Shown here: positions 15,003 to 24,722 of the stretch, piece after piece
Layout: every line of letters starts with the position of its first letter
How positions within the stretch are numbered: position 1 is the first letter of the stretch
Origin: a virus
Lineage: Duplodnaviria > Caudoviricetes
DNA length: 36,839 bases
IMG/VR virus record: IMGVR_UViG_3300017778_001834
Coordinates: 1-36,839 of that record
Direction: 5' to 3' (one strand)
Notes under the pieces: generated by a model
Told to the model about the DNA's origin: nothing
The model's input: the letters and a program-made list of their open reading frames with translations, nothing else
The model's database searches: none
Made by a program: the position numbers and the translations under genes

Positions 15003-18000
15003 CTATCGCCGGATCACAAAAGCACGATAGGTCGCGTTGGCGGGGTCGATTGCTCCGCCCGTGGGATTGAACGCGGTCACTGTCACCGTGCCAGCCGATG
15101 ACACCCGCCCAGTCAGCATCAGGCTATTATTAGCCGATGAAGACACCGCGACAACCGCGTCCTGCGTCGCCACGTCCGTGGCCGTGATGGTAAATTCAGT
15201 GCTTGCGCCCGCTGCAATGCTGCCGAGGTCCGTCGTGGTGTTGAACTCAAGAGCCGGACGCAGGGCCACGGTTCCGCCGCTAGTCGTGGTTGGCAGCGTG
15301 CCGGACTTTTGCCAATAGCGACCGCCGTTGGTTGGGTCCCACCAGAAATGCTCACCAACACCCAACTGGCTGCCGGAAAGCGTAAGCGGGACCAGAAACT
15401 GGGTGCTGGTCTGGATGAAATCCGTCGAGGCACTTTCGGTCTTGATCCGGCCAATCCACCGCTTTGAGGAGTTGGTGGTTTTGACCATGTAGCCGTGCGT
15501 GGTGTCGATGGTTTCGGCCACGGTAGAAGCAACAATCTTGGGAGTGCCGTCGTCGTCGTAGAGATAGATATTATAAAGCGTGTTTGCCGTGATGGCCGCG
15601 CCTTCATCATCTAGCGACGAGTTCAGCAAGGTAACGCCCGTGTTAGGGATGCGCCATTCCACCCACTCGCCCGTGCGTGATGCGACGCCACCAGCCACGG
15701 AGTTATCAGGCCCGCGCATCCGCAAAACGGTCTTGTTGCCGGTCGCAAAACCAGACGGAGGACCGAAAGTTACAGCCGTGGCTCCGGCATTGCGGAGGAG
15801 GCAATCGTCCTCAACCTGGTCGAACTGCCAACCGATGAACCGGCGTTGTCCGGTGTAATCAAAGTCATCCCAAAGCGTCGTGCGGACCCGGCAGCTATTG
15901 CCAGCCGCGTTCGTGCCCGCCAGCCGAAACGCGAAGCCCTCGCCAAGCCTTGCGCGGACCTTCGTATTGACCCACTGAACGCCGCGAATGGTGTAATCTT
16001 GCGCGTCAAAATCCACGCCAGCCCACGTTTTGTAGGACTGGTTGCCGTGAAACTGGCAGACCTCAGAGCGCCAGTTGGTAATGCCCGTGCAAAAGACGTG
16101 GCGGCGATAGTTGTTTTCCCACGTTACAGCATGGGTCAGAACGCCGATGCCAAGTCCCGATTGCCCCTTCACGAAGAAAGCGCAGTTCTGGTTGACGGTG
16201 AAGCCGCATTGGTCTTGATGAACCAGTTGGCCTTTCCAGCGCATCCCACCAGATTGAGGCTCGTAATAACCGACCTCCGGCACGCTCACGCCGTTCTGTT
16301 TGTAATACGTCGCCTGAACCACAGCACCACCACCCGTGGCCGTCGAGGTAGCCGCCGTCGAATGCGTGATGGTGTAGGTGTCGTCAGTCAGTTTGGTGAC
16401 GCGGTATTCGCCGGAAATGGTGATGCCACCCACCGCCGTAGCGCCGGAGAACGTGACCGTGTCCGTGCTGTCTGCACCAAACGCCGTGTCCGTGACCGTG
16501 ACCAGCGTTGAACCGCTCGTGACCGAGAACGGGTCCGTATTGATCGTGACCGGCGACAGCGGGTTATAGAGCGCCCCGTAAGACGTGCTATCGACTGCGA
16601 CAACCAGTTGCATTCGGGTGGTAGAGCCGCCACCCGTGGCCGTGCTGGTCGCGTTACTCGCTGCCGTGATGGTGAAGGTATTGACGGTCGGGGTGGCAAC
16701 CACCGCATACATTTTGTCAATCGTCAGCCCGCCAACCGCAGTGGCATCGCTAAACACTACACGATTGCCAACGCTCAGGCCGTGTGACGCTGCCGTTACC
16801 GTAACCGTTGCCAAGCCGCTAGTGGTGGCAAACGGATCAGTGCCAAGCGAGACGACAGAGCCAGACGCTTGATACAGCGAGAACGTCGTGGCGGTCGGAG
16901 ACGGGCCGACATATCGATCAAGCTCATTCAAACCGGTCATCGGAGCGCGGAGCGTAACCGCCGCACCACCACCCGTGGCCGAACCCGACGCCGCAGAGCT
17001 ATGCAGAATCATGAAGGTGTTAGCAGTCGGAACCGCTGCGACCTGGTATGCCCCCGCAACCGTAATTCCACCCACCGCCGTAGCGCCTGCAAAAAAGATA
17101 TTATCTCCTTCAACAAACCCGTGCGCCGTGTCTGCAATCGTCACCGCCGCCGAACCGGCCACCGTCGTAATCGGGTCAGCCCCAAGCGTTACCGTCGAGT
17201 TAATGCCCCACAGCTTCACGCGGTCGCCCGGCACAAAGATATGAGCGGAACGCTCAGGCGTCACAGTCGGGATTTGCAGGGGCGAAACCGTCACCACAGC
17301 CGGATTGGCGTTGCTAATCCCCGTGATGTGAAAATATTCGTTCTTGCCGCAACCCTGAATAAAAACGTGTTTCATGTGGGTGAAGCTGCCCTCGTTGCGC
17401 GAGGCCGAGCCGGTGGCGTCAATACCCCACCCTTGGCAGCTTTCAATCCAGAGGCTTTCAAAAGCCATCATGTTCCAGCCGTCATCGGGATAATCCCCGT
17501 TGACCATGACGATGGCCGATCCCGTCATGCCGCGAATGTGGCACTGCGAAATCTTGGACTGATAGACGTTGCGGAACTTGAACACGGACGAGTTGGCCAC
17601 CGAGCCGGAGCCAACAAATGCGATGTTCTCAACCAAAAGACCCTGCTGCGCCCGATAGGCGTAGGGGTCAGGATTGGTCACATCCACATCAAACGCAAAG
17701 CCATTCGGCACCATCGGGCGAATGACGGAGAGCGCCATGCCGTCACCGACCAGCCAAAGGCCGGGGGCAAACGCACCAGGAACTGCCGGAGGCTGCGGAA
17801 CCTCATCAATCAGCGGCACATCGTCAACGTGAACCGTCGTCTTGATTGCGAAGGTGTAGCCGGACGGAACAATGATTGGGCGACCGTTGCCGAAGTCCAC
17901 GGCTTTCTGAAACGCAGGGCCGTCATCCGTCACGCCGTCACCGACAGCGCCAAAGTCTAGGCGGATGTCCAGCGGAACATCTGCCCGCATTTTGGCTTCA

Positions 18001-18182
18001 AGCGTCGTCTCGACAGCGTCCACACTGTCTTGCTCAAACGACTGCACATAGGAGCGCATATCGGAGGCAAAGAATCGCTTGAGCGGGCCGGGCGCACGGT
18101 AAGCAGCCAGCACGTCCGTTCCCGCGACAGGCGTCGTGAGTGCGGTAAGCTCAGGATAAGTCTTGCGGGGCGTAAGGGCCAT
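15003..18182 (-). CDS. Tailspike / receptor-binding protein (pectate-lyase-like beta-helix with inserted repeats)
   Basis: DFGAVGDGVTDDGPAFQKA beta-helix start; three internal ~80-aa repeats. Confidence 0.85.
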   Translation of the reverse strand: MALTPRKTYPELTALTTPVAGTDVLAAYRAPGPLKRFFASDMRSYVQSFEQDSVDAVETTLEAKMRADVPLDIRLDFGAVGDGVTDDGPAFQKAVDFGNGRPIIVPSGYTFAIKTTVHVDDVPLIDEVPQPPAVPGAFAPGLWLVGDGMALSVIRPMVPNGFAFDVDVTNPDPYAYRAQQGLLVENIAFVGSGSVANSSVFKFRNVYQSKISQCHIRGMTGSAIVMVNGDYPDDGWNMMAFESLWIESCQGWGIDATGSASRNEGSFTHMKHVFIQGCGKNEYFHITGISNANPAVVTVSPLQIPTVTPERSAHIFVPGDRVKLWGINSTVTLGADPITTVAGSAAVTIADTAHGFVEGDNIFFAGATAVGGITVAGAYQVAAVPTANTFMILHSSAASGSATGGGAAVTLRAPMTGLNELDRYVGPSPTATTFSLYQASGSVVSLGTDPFATTSGLATVTVTAASHGLSVGNRVVFSDATAVGGLTIDKMYAVVATPTVNTFTITAASNATSTATGGGSTTRMQLVVAVDSTSYGALYNPLSPVTINTDPFSVTSGSTLVTVTDTAFGADSTDTVTFSGATAVGGITISGEYRVTKLTDDTYTITHSTAATSTATGGGAVVQATYYKQNGVSVPEVGYYEPQSGGMRWKGQLVHQDQCGFTVNQNCAFFVKGQSGLGIGVLTHAVTWENNYRRHVFCTGITNWRSEVCQFHGNQSYKTWAGVDFDAQDYTIRGVQWVNTKVRARLGEGFAFRLAGTNAAGNSCRVRTTLWDDFDYTGQRRFIGWQFDQVEDDCLLRNAGATAVTFGPPSGFATGNKTVLRMRGPDNSVAGGVASRTGEWVEWRIPNTGVTLLNSSLDDEGAAITANTLYNIYLYDDDGTPKIVASTVAETIDTTHGYMVKTTNSSKRWIGRIKTESASTDFIQTSTQFLVPLTLSGSQLGVGEHFWWDPTNGGRYWQKSGTLPTTTSGGTVALRPALEFNTTTDLGSIAAGASTEFTITATDVATQDAVVAVSSSANNSLMLTGRVSSAGTVTVTAFNPTGGAIDPANATYRAFVIRR

Positions 18183-19222
18183 TATGCGAATCCAGAGACA
18201 GAGATTTCAGCGGGGTTTTGCGTGGTCCAGTAGATACGGACCGAGTTGACGGTTTTGCTGTCGTAGCCCTCAACGCTGCCGGTCGGGTTTAAACGACTGA
18301 CGTGAACCGCATAGGTCGTCGCAGCGAGCGCGTTGGTAAACGTGATGTCGGCATAGGCAATGCTGCCGCCTTCGGTCACGTTAGAGATGCTGGCGACGTT
18401 AAGCGCACCGGCAATCGTGGGCGTCGAGCCGTTCACGCTGGTCGAGGTGATGACGCAGCCGAAGGCTCGCCCGTAGCCCGATTGGAACGTGCCTGCGCCG
18501 GTCAGCACTTTGTATTGGTCGCCAGCCGCAGCCGCAGGGACAAGGCCCTTGGTGCCCGCTACAGATTGCGTAGCCCCCACCACGTTGCTCAACAGCGTCG
18601 TGGTCTGCGTTCCAGTCAGGTCTTCAACAACGCCCGTGCCAGCCGTCACCCGCCCCTTGATGGTCGCGGTCGCCACCGTGGCAAGTTTGGCATTCGAGAA
18701 CGATGCGTCAGGAACGGTCACCGTCGCGCTAAACGTCTGCGGAGCGGCAAACGTCCCCGTTGCGTTGACGGTCAGCGTGTCCGTGTTGGCGCTGCCGATG
18801 ATGGTGTCGCCACCAATCGTGAGGTCATCACCAACGGTCAGGCTAAGTGCGACCGAAGCATTATCCCCGACGCTCAGCGCAAGCGGGATGGTCGTTCCGG
18901 TCGGCGTAATCAGGAAGCCTTGGACGCCACCGACCGCGATAGCCAACTGGTTAGCCGCTGGCGTGTAGAAGCCGGTATCCGTGTCCCCGATGATGGAGAA
19001 CGCCGGAGCCGAGACAGTGCCACCGGAGAACCGGATGCCTTGCACAAACGGGATCGGAGCCGTGGCCGTGGTCTGACCATCCGACGCAATGGATTGCGTG
19101 ATGGCCGTAGCCATATCGGCAAGCGTGGCGTTCCAATCATCCGAGAGAATAGGCGTCTCAGGGGTGGCCGGGTTCCAGGTGTTTGAAGGGGGCGAGTATG
19201 AGCCGCTGCCGTTTCTAGGCAA
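18182..19222 (-). CDS. Tail fibre protein
   Basis: Start TTG with GGGAGG SD; MPRNGSGSYSPP...DGQTT podovirus fibre N-terminus; Thr/Gly-rich. Confidence 0.8.
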   Translation of the reverse strand: MPRNGSGSYSPPSNTWNPATPETPILSDDWNATLADMATAITQSIASDGQTTATAPIPFVQGIRFSGGTVSAPAFSIIGDTDTGFYTPAANQLAIAVGGVQGFLITPTGTTIPLALSVGDNASVALSLTVGDDLTIGGDTIIGSANTDTLTVNATGTFAAPQTFSATVTVPDASFSNAKLATVATATIKGRVTAGTGVVEDLTGTQTTTLLSNVVGATQSVAGTKGLVPAAAAGDQYKVLTGAGTFQSGYGRAFGCVITSTSVNGSTPTIAGALNVASISNVTEGGSIAYADITFTNALAATTYAVHVSRLNPTGSVEGYDSKTVNSVRIYWTTQNPAEISVSGFA

Positions 19223-19251
19223 TGAAGCCTCCCTTGGTGTATGCTGCGTTC

Positions 19252-19485
19252 ATGTCCCGATACATCGTTTTTGCCGTCATTCTTGCCGTGCCGTTTACAG
19301 GCGGTTGGATGTTGGGAATCATGGCTGCACTCGCAGCGTGGTTTGTGGTGGATTCTGAACGTCGGGCTGAGCAAGCTGAGCAACGTGTTCAACGGCTTGA
19401 GCGTAGTATTGCTGAAGTTCCGGGTTCTGTTGCGCCAGTCGCGCCATTTCGGCCAAAGCTGGTCTGGCCTGTTCAGGGTCAGTAG
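19252..19485 (+). CDS. Small antisense membrane protein (superinfection-exclusion candidate)
   Basis: Hydrophobic N-terminus MSRYIVFAVILAVPFTGGWMLGIMAALAAWFVV; opposite strand to the late operon. Confidence 0.45.
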   Translation: MSRYIVFAVILAVPFTGGWMLGIMAALAAWFVVDSERRAEQAEQRVQRLERSIAEVPGSVAPVAPFRPKLVWPVQGQ

Positions 19486-21481
19486 CGCGGTAAATCCAAT
19501 TGATCAGCCCCTGACCAATCTTGGTGTAAGGGGCGACGCCCGCGATAACTGGGATTGCGATTTCCGGCTTTAAATAGTAACCGCCCGCCAAAAGGGCGGC
19601 GAGTCCAGCGCGGCCCGCTGTGCCACTATCAGGGACTGTGGACGGCAAAACCTCGCCCATATTGGTAGCCAAGTCGCGCATCAAGCCGGTTCCAGCGCCA
19701 CGCTGTGAACGGCTTCCAATGTTGCGGCGAACGGCGTTGGCGAGTTGTGCGGGCGTAAAAACGCCGCCGCGTTGCATAGCGCCAGCGGTTCCCGTCGCAT
19801 CCTCAATGCGGACAAGGTTTGCATATCCGGTATTGATTTGCTGAAGGCGCGGAGCCTCAGCGGGATATTGACGCGCCAGCGCATCGCGGAATTCGCTGCG
19901 AATGTCGCCAAGCGCCAAGCCAAGCGCTCGCTGGTCGCTATCGACCGAACGGGCAAGTTCGCGCTGTTGCTGGCCAAGAACCGTCTCAATACGCTTAAAT
20001 TCTTCGCCAGAAATACGCCGCGTTTCGGGATCGACGTTACGCATCACGCGGGACGACAAGATTTCCGCCAACTGGCGAGCGCGGGCTTCGCCCATTGACG
20101 CAGGCGCATCTGCAAGAATTTCCGCAATGCCGGTATCAAGTGGCTCGTCGATGGTTGGAGATACACGCGAAAGAACATCCGCGTATGCTTTTCCAAGTCG
20201 GTCTTGAACGAATTCAACAGCCTCATAACCAGGAGCAATTTTTGGCGGAATAGTTTCACCAATGGGAGTAAGCCCGCGTTGCGCCCCTGCGATATTGGCA
20301 GTTTCAAGCCCTCGCGTTCTGGCGCCCTGAATAGCGTCACCAACGAGCGGCATTCCCGCCAGTCGGTCTTCCATGCCGCGAAGAAACCCACCGATCAAGG
20401 GCGTCTCTTGCAGCATTTGGCCCGGCGTAAGCTGAACCCCTTCGCGCGAAAGCTGACGGGCAGCCGTCGTGTCTGCGCCGACAACGCCACGAGCGAAACG
20501 GTCCACAACTCGCTGACCCGCAGCGCCGGTAAGTGCGCCAACGCCAGCGCCGATTGCGCCGCTTTCTAAGCGATCCGCAAGGCCGCCTTCAGCCGTTCCG
20601 AAGCCCGTTGCGCCACCAATGCCAGCGCCAACGCCAGCAGCGCGACCCGCACGAATGCCGCCCGTTGTCCCTTGCGTTACATAATTTCCAGCCGCGCTCA
20701 TACCAGGAGCAAACGCGCCGCCCGCCATTTGCAAGGCAAAGTTTTGAAGCGGTCGCTCTTGTGCAAATTCGTTAGCACGGCCCCGCGCTAGGTCTTCGTA
20801 TGCGCTGCCGTATTGGCTTGCCGTAAACGGGATTTCTTGGCCCAAAATACGTCGATTGAGGTTTTCGCCGCGCGTTTGCGCCTCAACCAATGCTCTTTCA
20901 AGTTCGTCCGAAAGCCCAAAACTCATACCAGATGATACCGCACGAACGCGATCAGACAGTCCAGTGTCTTCGCCTTGCGACAGACTTGCTTCCGCTGCCT
21001 GCCTTGCTGCAAGCTCAGACAGTTTGGGCAGCACGGGCGCTGGCGCTCCCGGCGCTTGCTGGCGACCAACCGTCCGAACCCACCGATTTGTGACGGGGTC
21101 GATTTCATAGCCCTGAGCGCGTAGGCTTTCAGGCGTGTCTTGCGGGCTAAGTTCTTCTTCGCGGGCCACGCCGTATCCGACCACTGGGCCGGAACGCGCA
21201 ACGTAGTTTTCCTGCATCAGCCGGTCGGCTTCCTCAGGCGTGTAGCCTTGATAGATCAGCGCATCGCGTTCTTCAGCGTCCGTAATGCCAAGTTCGTTAA
21301 GAACAGGCGCTGGCGTAGCCGGAGACACGGCTTGCGGACGAGGTTGTGCTGGCCGTTGCGGCTGGGCGGCAGCGGGCTGGGGCGATACCGGCTGAAATCC
21401 CGCATACGAGCTAGCAGGCGAAGCGGCAGGCGCTCCCGGCGCAACGCGCTCAAATCCGGCGTAGGGGTTATCTTGCCTCAT
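19319..21481 (-). CDS. Internal virion / DNA ejection protein (large)
   Basis: 720 aa, Ala/Gly-rich helices, position equivalent to P22 gp16. Confidence 0.7.
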   Translation of the reverse strand: MRQDNPYAGFERVAPGAPAASPASSYAGFQPVSPQPAAAQPQRPAQPRPQAVSPATPAPVLNELGITDAEERDALIYQGYTPEEADRLMQENYVARSGPVVGYGVAREEELSPQDTPESLRAQGYEIDPVTNRWVRTVGRQQAPGAPAPVLPKLSELAARQAAEASLSQGEDTGLSDRVRAVSSGMSFGLSDELERALVEAQTRGENLNRRILGQEIPFTASQYGSAYEDLARGRANEFAQERPLQNFALQMAGGAFAPGMSAAGNYVTQGTTGGIRAGRAAGVGAGIGGATGFGTAEGGLADRLESGAIGAGVGALTGAAGQRVVDRFARGVVGADTTAARQLSREGVQLTPGQMLQETPLIGGFLRGMEDRLAGMPLVGDAIQGARTRGLETANIAGAQRGLTPIGETIPPKIAPGYEAVEFVQDRLGKAYADVLSRVSPTIDEPLDTGIAEILADAPASMGEARARQLAEILSSRVMRNVDPETRRISGEEFKRIETVLGQQQRELARSVDSDQRALGLALGDIRSEFRDALARQYPAEAPRLQQINTGYANLVRIEDATGTAGAMQRGGVFTPAQLANAVRRNIGSRSQRGAGTGLMRDLATNMGEVLPSTVPDSGTAGRAGLAALLAGGYYLKPEIAIPVIAGVAPYTKIGQGLINWIYRATDPEQARPALAEMARLAQQNPELQQYYAQAVEHVAQLAQPDVQNPPQTTLRVQP

Positions 21482-22995
21482 GGGACGCGATACCTTTGGC
21501 CGTCTTCACCGGTAAATTCGGTGCCGCGCGGAAGCCGTCGCGCCTGCGCCGCTGAAATAGGCCGTCCCGCCGCAGCCAAATAACCCGTCTGCCGCGAAAG
21601 TTCATAATTAACGATGCGCGTAAGCGCCTGCGGAGTAATGTTTGTGTCACCACCCGCAATGCGTTCTGCCAATTCGCGGTCACTCGTAGAAATTTGAGTG
21701 CTGCCGACCATTTCACGAACAATTGCACCAACGTCGCGCCCGATAAGATTTTGATAAATCTCAGTCGCCGCCACCGCGTCTCTAGCATCTTCATTGCCAA
21801 GAGCCGCAGCAGCGCGGGCCGCCGTAACCCTTGCGTCCGACCCAAACCCGGTGATGGCCTTCGGGATAAGGGCAAGGGCTTCTTCATATCGCTGGATGCG
21901 TTCAGGAGCTTGACGAACGCGATCAGCCGACACGTTGCCGGTTTGAACATCGCGCTCCGCTTCTCCCTCTGCACGAATTGCTTCCGCTGGCGTTTGGCCA
22001 GCAAAAGCACCGCCCACAGCTTGCGATTTAGAAATGACGATGTTTTGCCCGTTTGGACCCGGAACGGTGATGAACTCAAACGGCGCTTCACCCGCAGCCC
22101 GAGCGCCCGAAATTTCACCAGCAAAAGCCGCTTCCGATTGGTTGCGAGCGTTGGCCGTTGCGCTTTCACGCGCACTAAGCGCCTGAATCGCACCGTCTAT
22201 GTTGCGGACGCCGACAACGTTTCCTCGTTGGTCATAAAGCGGCTCCTCACCTGGTTGAAGGTCAGGGAGATACCGCCCAACAATGTCCGGGTCGTTCAAA
22301 TCTTGCATAAACCCGTTTACGTTTTGAACGTTCCGGAACCGCTTATTTAGCGCCGTTGGATCGCTTGCGTTATACGGCGTTCCGTCAGGTCCAAGGCGAA
22401 TGTCGGGACGCACGTTGCGGCTCTGAACAGCGGCCACCAACTCCGCCAATCCCGCCTCATCACCAGACGCAATCAAAGATTCTGCAAGCCGCCGCTCGTT
22501 GTCTGCAAGACCGAAGATGCCTTGTTGTTGTGGGGCAACTTGTGGCGCAGGCATGGGAGCCTGCGGCATCGGCGGAACGTCAGCCATTGGCATCGGTTCG
22601 CCAACCGGAGGTAACGCCGAACCAGAAACCGACGCAGCGGGAGCAATCGACGCCTGAACCGGCTCTTGCGTGTTAGTCACCGGAGGCGGAACCAACGCAT
22701 CAGCCATTGGATTTGGCGCGTTATCGCCACCGCCAAGACCAAGAATCGCCGCTTGGCTTTGAATGCGAGCTTGACGTTGCGCCGCCGCTTCTTCCGTCGC
22801 CGCTTTTTCAGCCCGATTGGCACCCCACTGCGTGATGCCTTGCGCCAGCAACCGAGCGCCAAGCTCGCCGTAACCGCCTTTGATTTCGGTCGGCTGGCGT
22901 TGCTGTTCCAGCATCTTTGCCAGCAAGGCGCTACGCCGCATCGCGGGCGTTTCGATCATCTGCGGGGCTGGCATGGGAGCGCGGGCAGCGGGCAT
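21478..22995 (-). CDS. Internal virion / DNA ejection protein
   Basis: 505 aa Pro/Ala/Gln-rich, coupled between ejection genes. Confidence 0.7.
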   Translation of the reverse strand: MPAARAPMPAPQMIETPAMRRSALLAKMLEQQRQPTEIKGGYGELGARLLAQGITQWGANRAEKAATEEAAAQRQARIQSQAAILGLGGGDNAPNPMADALVPPPVTNTQEPVQASIAPAASVSGSALPPVGEPMPMADVPPMPQAPMPAPQVAPQQQGIFGLADNERRLAESLIASGDEAGLAELVAAVQSRNVRPDIRLGPDGTPYNASDPTALNKRFRNVQNVNGFMQDLNDPDIVGRYLPDLQPGEEPLYDQRGNVVGVRNIDGAIQALSARESATANARNQSEAAFAGEISGARAAGEAPFEFITVPGPNGQNIVISKSQAVGGAFAGQTPAEAIRAEGEAERDVQTGNVSADRVRQAPERIQRYEEALALIPKAITGFGSDARVTAARAAAALGNEDARDAVAATEIYQNLIGRDVGAIVREMVGSTQISTSDRELAERIAGGDTNITPQALTRIVNYELSRQTGYLAAAGRPISAAQARRLPRGTEFTGEDGQRYRVP

Positions 22996-24098
22996 CAGAG
23001 TTTCCCGTAATCAACCATGAGGAAGCCCGTCCAGTGACGGACCACCGCATCAATGCCAGCCTTAAGCACGTCTTGAGCCATGACGCCGATATGGCGCTTG
23101 CGGCCCCATACATAGCGATACTCATAGACCGGCAGGCCGTTAGCCATCGTGCCAACGCGTTTGATGTCACGCTTAAGGCGACGGTCAGACGGTGTTTGCC
23201 GTGCTGCTGAAATTTGACCGCCCGCGCCAATTGCCGCGCCGCCAAGTTGGAACAGCCCGCTCATAAGAGCGTTGTTTTGAGCCATTTTGGCTTGATAGTT
23301 GCTGTTCAGTTGCTGCTGCGACAGCGCGTTAGCGCCGAGAACGTCCGTCTGCGCCACGCCGGTCGGGCTGTATTGGATGCCCGTAGGCATACCGACTTGA
23401 CCCGTGCCTAGCAGGGCTTGAAGCTGCTGAAGCGGCTGGTTCTGGATATAGGCCCGCTCTTGCAGGCCTTGCGTCCGCGCCTGATTACCGAATGTCCCAC
23501 CGGCAATAGCGTTCTGAATAGCGCGAGATTGTTCCGCGCCACCGGCTTGGATGGCTTGGTTTGCAGCCTCTCCGTATGCGTCATTTCGATCTCTAGCAAA
23601 ATCAGATCGAAGGTTTCGCGTTGCCTCGCTATTCGCTCCAAGGCCCTGCGCGGCAAGACGTGCGTCTTGCGACCTCTCAAGCCGCTGAAACTGCGGATCA
23701 AGGCGACGGGTCTGGCTCGCATAAACCGAATCCTCAAACCGTTGACGGTCAAAGTCAGGCGAGTTGAAGCCCTGCAACTCCGGCAGGCCTTCGGTGTTCA
23801 GGCCTTGGCCAAGCGCCTCATTCACGCGGCCAATCTGCTGACCAGCGGTGTCGAGAGCGCTGCCGTAAACGCCGGTCGAGCGTTCGTAATTCTGCTGTTC
23901 AAGCGGGCTAAGTGCCGTCTCTTGACGGTAGCCACCAGGTGCGGACGCGTCAGCGATATAACGCACGGTTCCTTGCGGACCGGACGTATTCACCATGTTT
24001 AACCGCTGCTGTTCGCGAGCGGTCGCGGTGTTAGCCGTTGATTGCGCGTTCGCCAGTTGAACCGGATCGGGAGCGGCAGGGGGCCGGGGCTTGGACAC
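22995..24098 (-). CDS. Ejection protein with C-terminal peptidase S74-like chaperone domain
   Basis: Gln-rich body; SDRRLKRDIKRVG...YEYRY...GVMAQDV...VDYGKL. Confidence 0.8.
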   Translation of the reverse strand: MSKPRPPAAPDPVQLANAQSTANTATAREQQRLNMVNTSGPQGTVRYIADASAPGGYRQETALSPLEQQNYERSTGVYGSALDTAGQQIGRVNEALGQGLNTEGLPELQGFNSPDFDRQRFEDSVYASQTRRLDPQFQRLERSQDARLAAQGLGANSEATRNLRSDFARDRNDAYGEAANQAIQAGGAEQSRAIQNAIAGGTFGNQARTQGLQERAYIQNQPLQQLQALLGTGQVGMPTGIQYSPTGVAQTDVLGANALSQQQLNSNYQAKMAQNNALMSGLFQLGGAAIGAGGQISAARQTPSDRRLKRDIKRVGTMANGLPVYEYRYVWGRKRHIGVMAQDVLKAGIDAVVRHWTGFLMVDYGKL

Positions 24099-24534
24099 TC
24101 ACGCGCTCCTTGTTGAAGCGGTGGTCACGCCACTCGCTTTCGAGGAGACCGGAAATGATGCAATCGTCATCACCATAACCACGCCGGATAGTCCCCTCAT
24201 GTTTGAAACCAAACTTTGAGAGAAACTGGCGAGCGGGACGCAAGCGTTTTGGCGTCAGGCTGGTGATTCTCGCCGCTCCAAGCTGATAGAACGGATAACG
24301 CAAGATACCCGTGACAAGGCGAGGCGTCAACCAATCCGCGCGGGTAGAGGCAAAACTGACCTCAATGTTACGGTATTGGGGCTGATATGCGTTGAACACC
24401 ACGCCGCCGATAAGATTATCATGCTTATCGACCACCCCGATGGCCTCGCATGGTCCCCAGTCCAGTCCATGCCCAATCTGGTCCGCTACCCATTGAGCGA
24501 CTAGCGGAGAGAACGGACCGGAAACAAGACGCAT
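24031..24534 (-). CDS. GNAT-fold acetyltransferase-like virion assembly protein
   Basis: GGVVFN...YPFYQLG...FGFKHEGTIR; GGAGG SD. Confidence 0.8.
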   Translation of the reverse strand: MRLVSGPFSPLVAQWVADQIGHGLDWGPCEAIGVVDKHDNLIGGVVFNAYQPQYRNIEVSFASTRADWLTPRLVTGILRYPFYQLGAARITSLTPKRLRPARQFLSKFGFKHEGTIRRGYGDDDCIISGLLESEWRDHRFNKERVSVQAPAPCRSRSGSTGERAING

Positions 24535-24722
24535 TGCATTTCCTCCAAAGCCGCGCTTATATGCGTGGCCTTTCCTGTCGGGAAATGCAGCCTTCCAGCC
24601 TCCCCGGCCGCGCCAACGGCTTGGGCATCTTATCTAGCAGCTATCTAAAATGCTGCACCTAGGGACGCCTAGTAGCTGGAAAACCGAGCCGCCCTCAGTT
24701 GCGCTGGGGGCGGCTTATTTTT
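24535..24722. ncRNA. Candidate structured RNA in the late-operon gap
   Basis: Long hairpin, four-way junction and terminator hairpin fill the gap (see findings). Confidence 0.5.
24687..24722 (+). terminator. Intrinsic terminator (possibly bidirectional)
   Basis: AGCCGCCCTCAG/CTGGGGGCGGCT followed by TATTTTT. Confidence 0.7.

Noticed and set aside
24593-24685. Cloverleaf as a tRNA gene
   Set aside because: No TTCRA T-loop, no D-loop GG, no 7-nt anticodon loop and no CCA.
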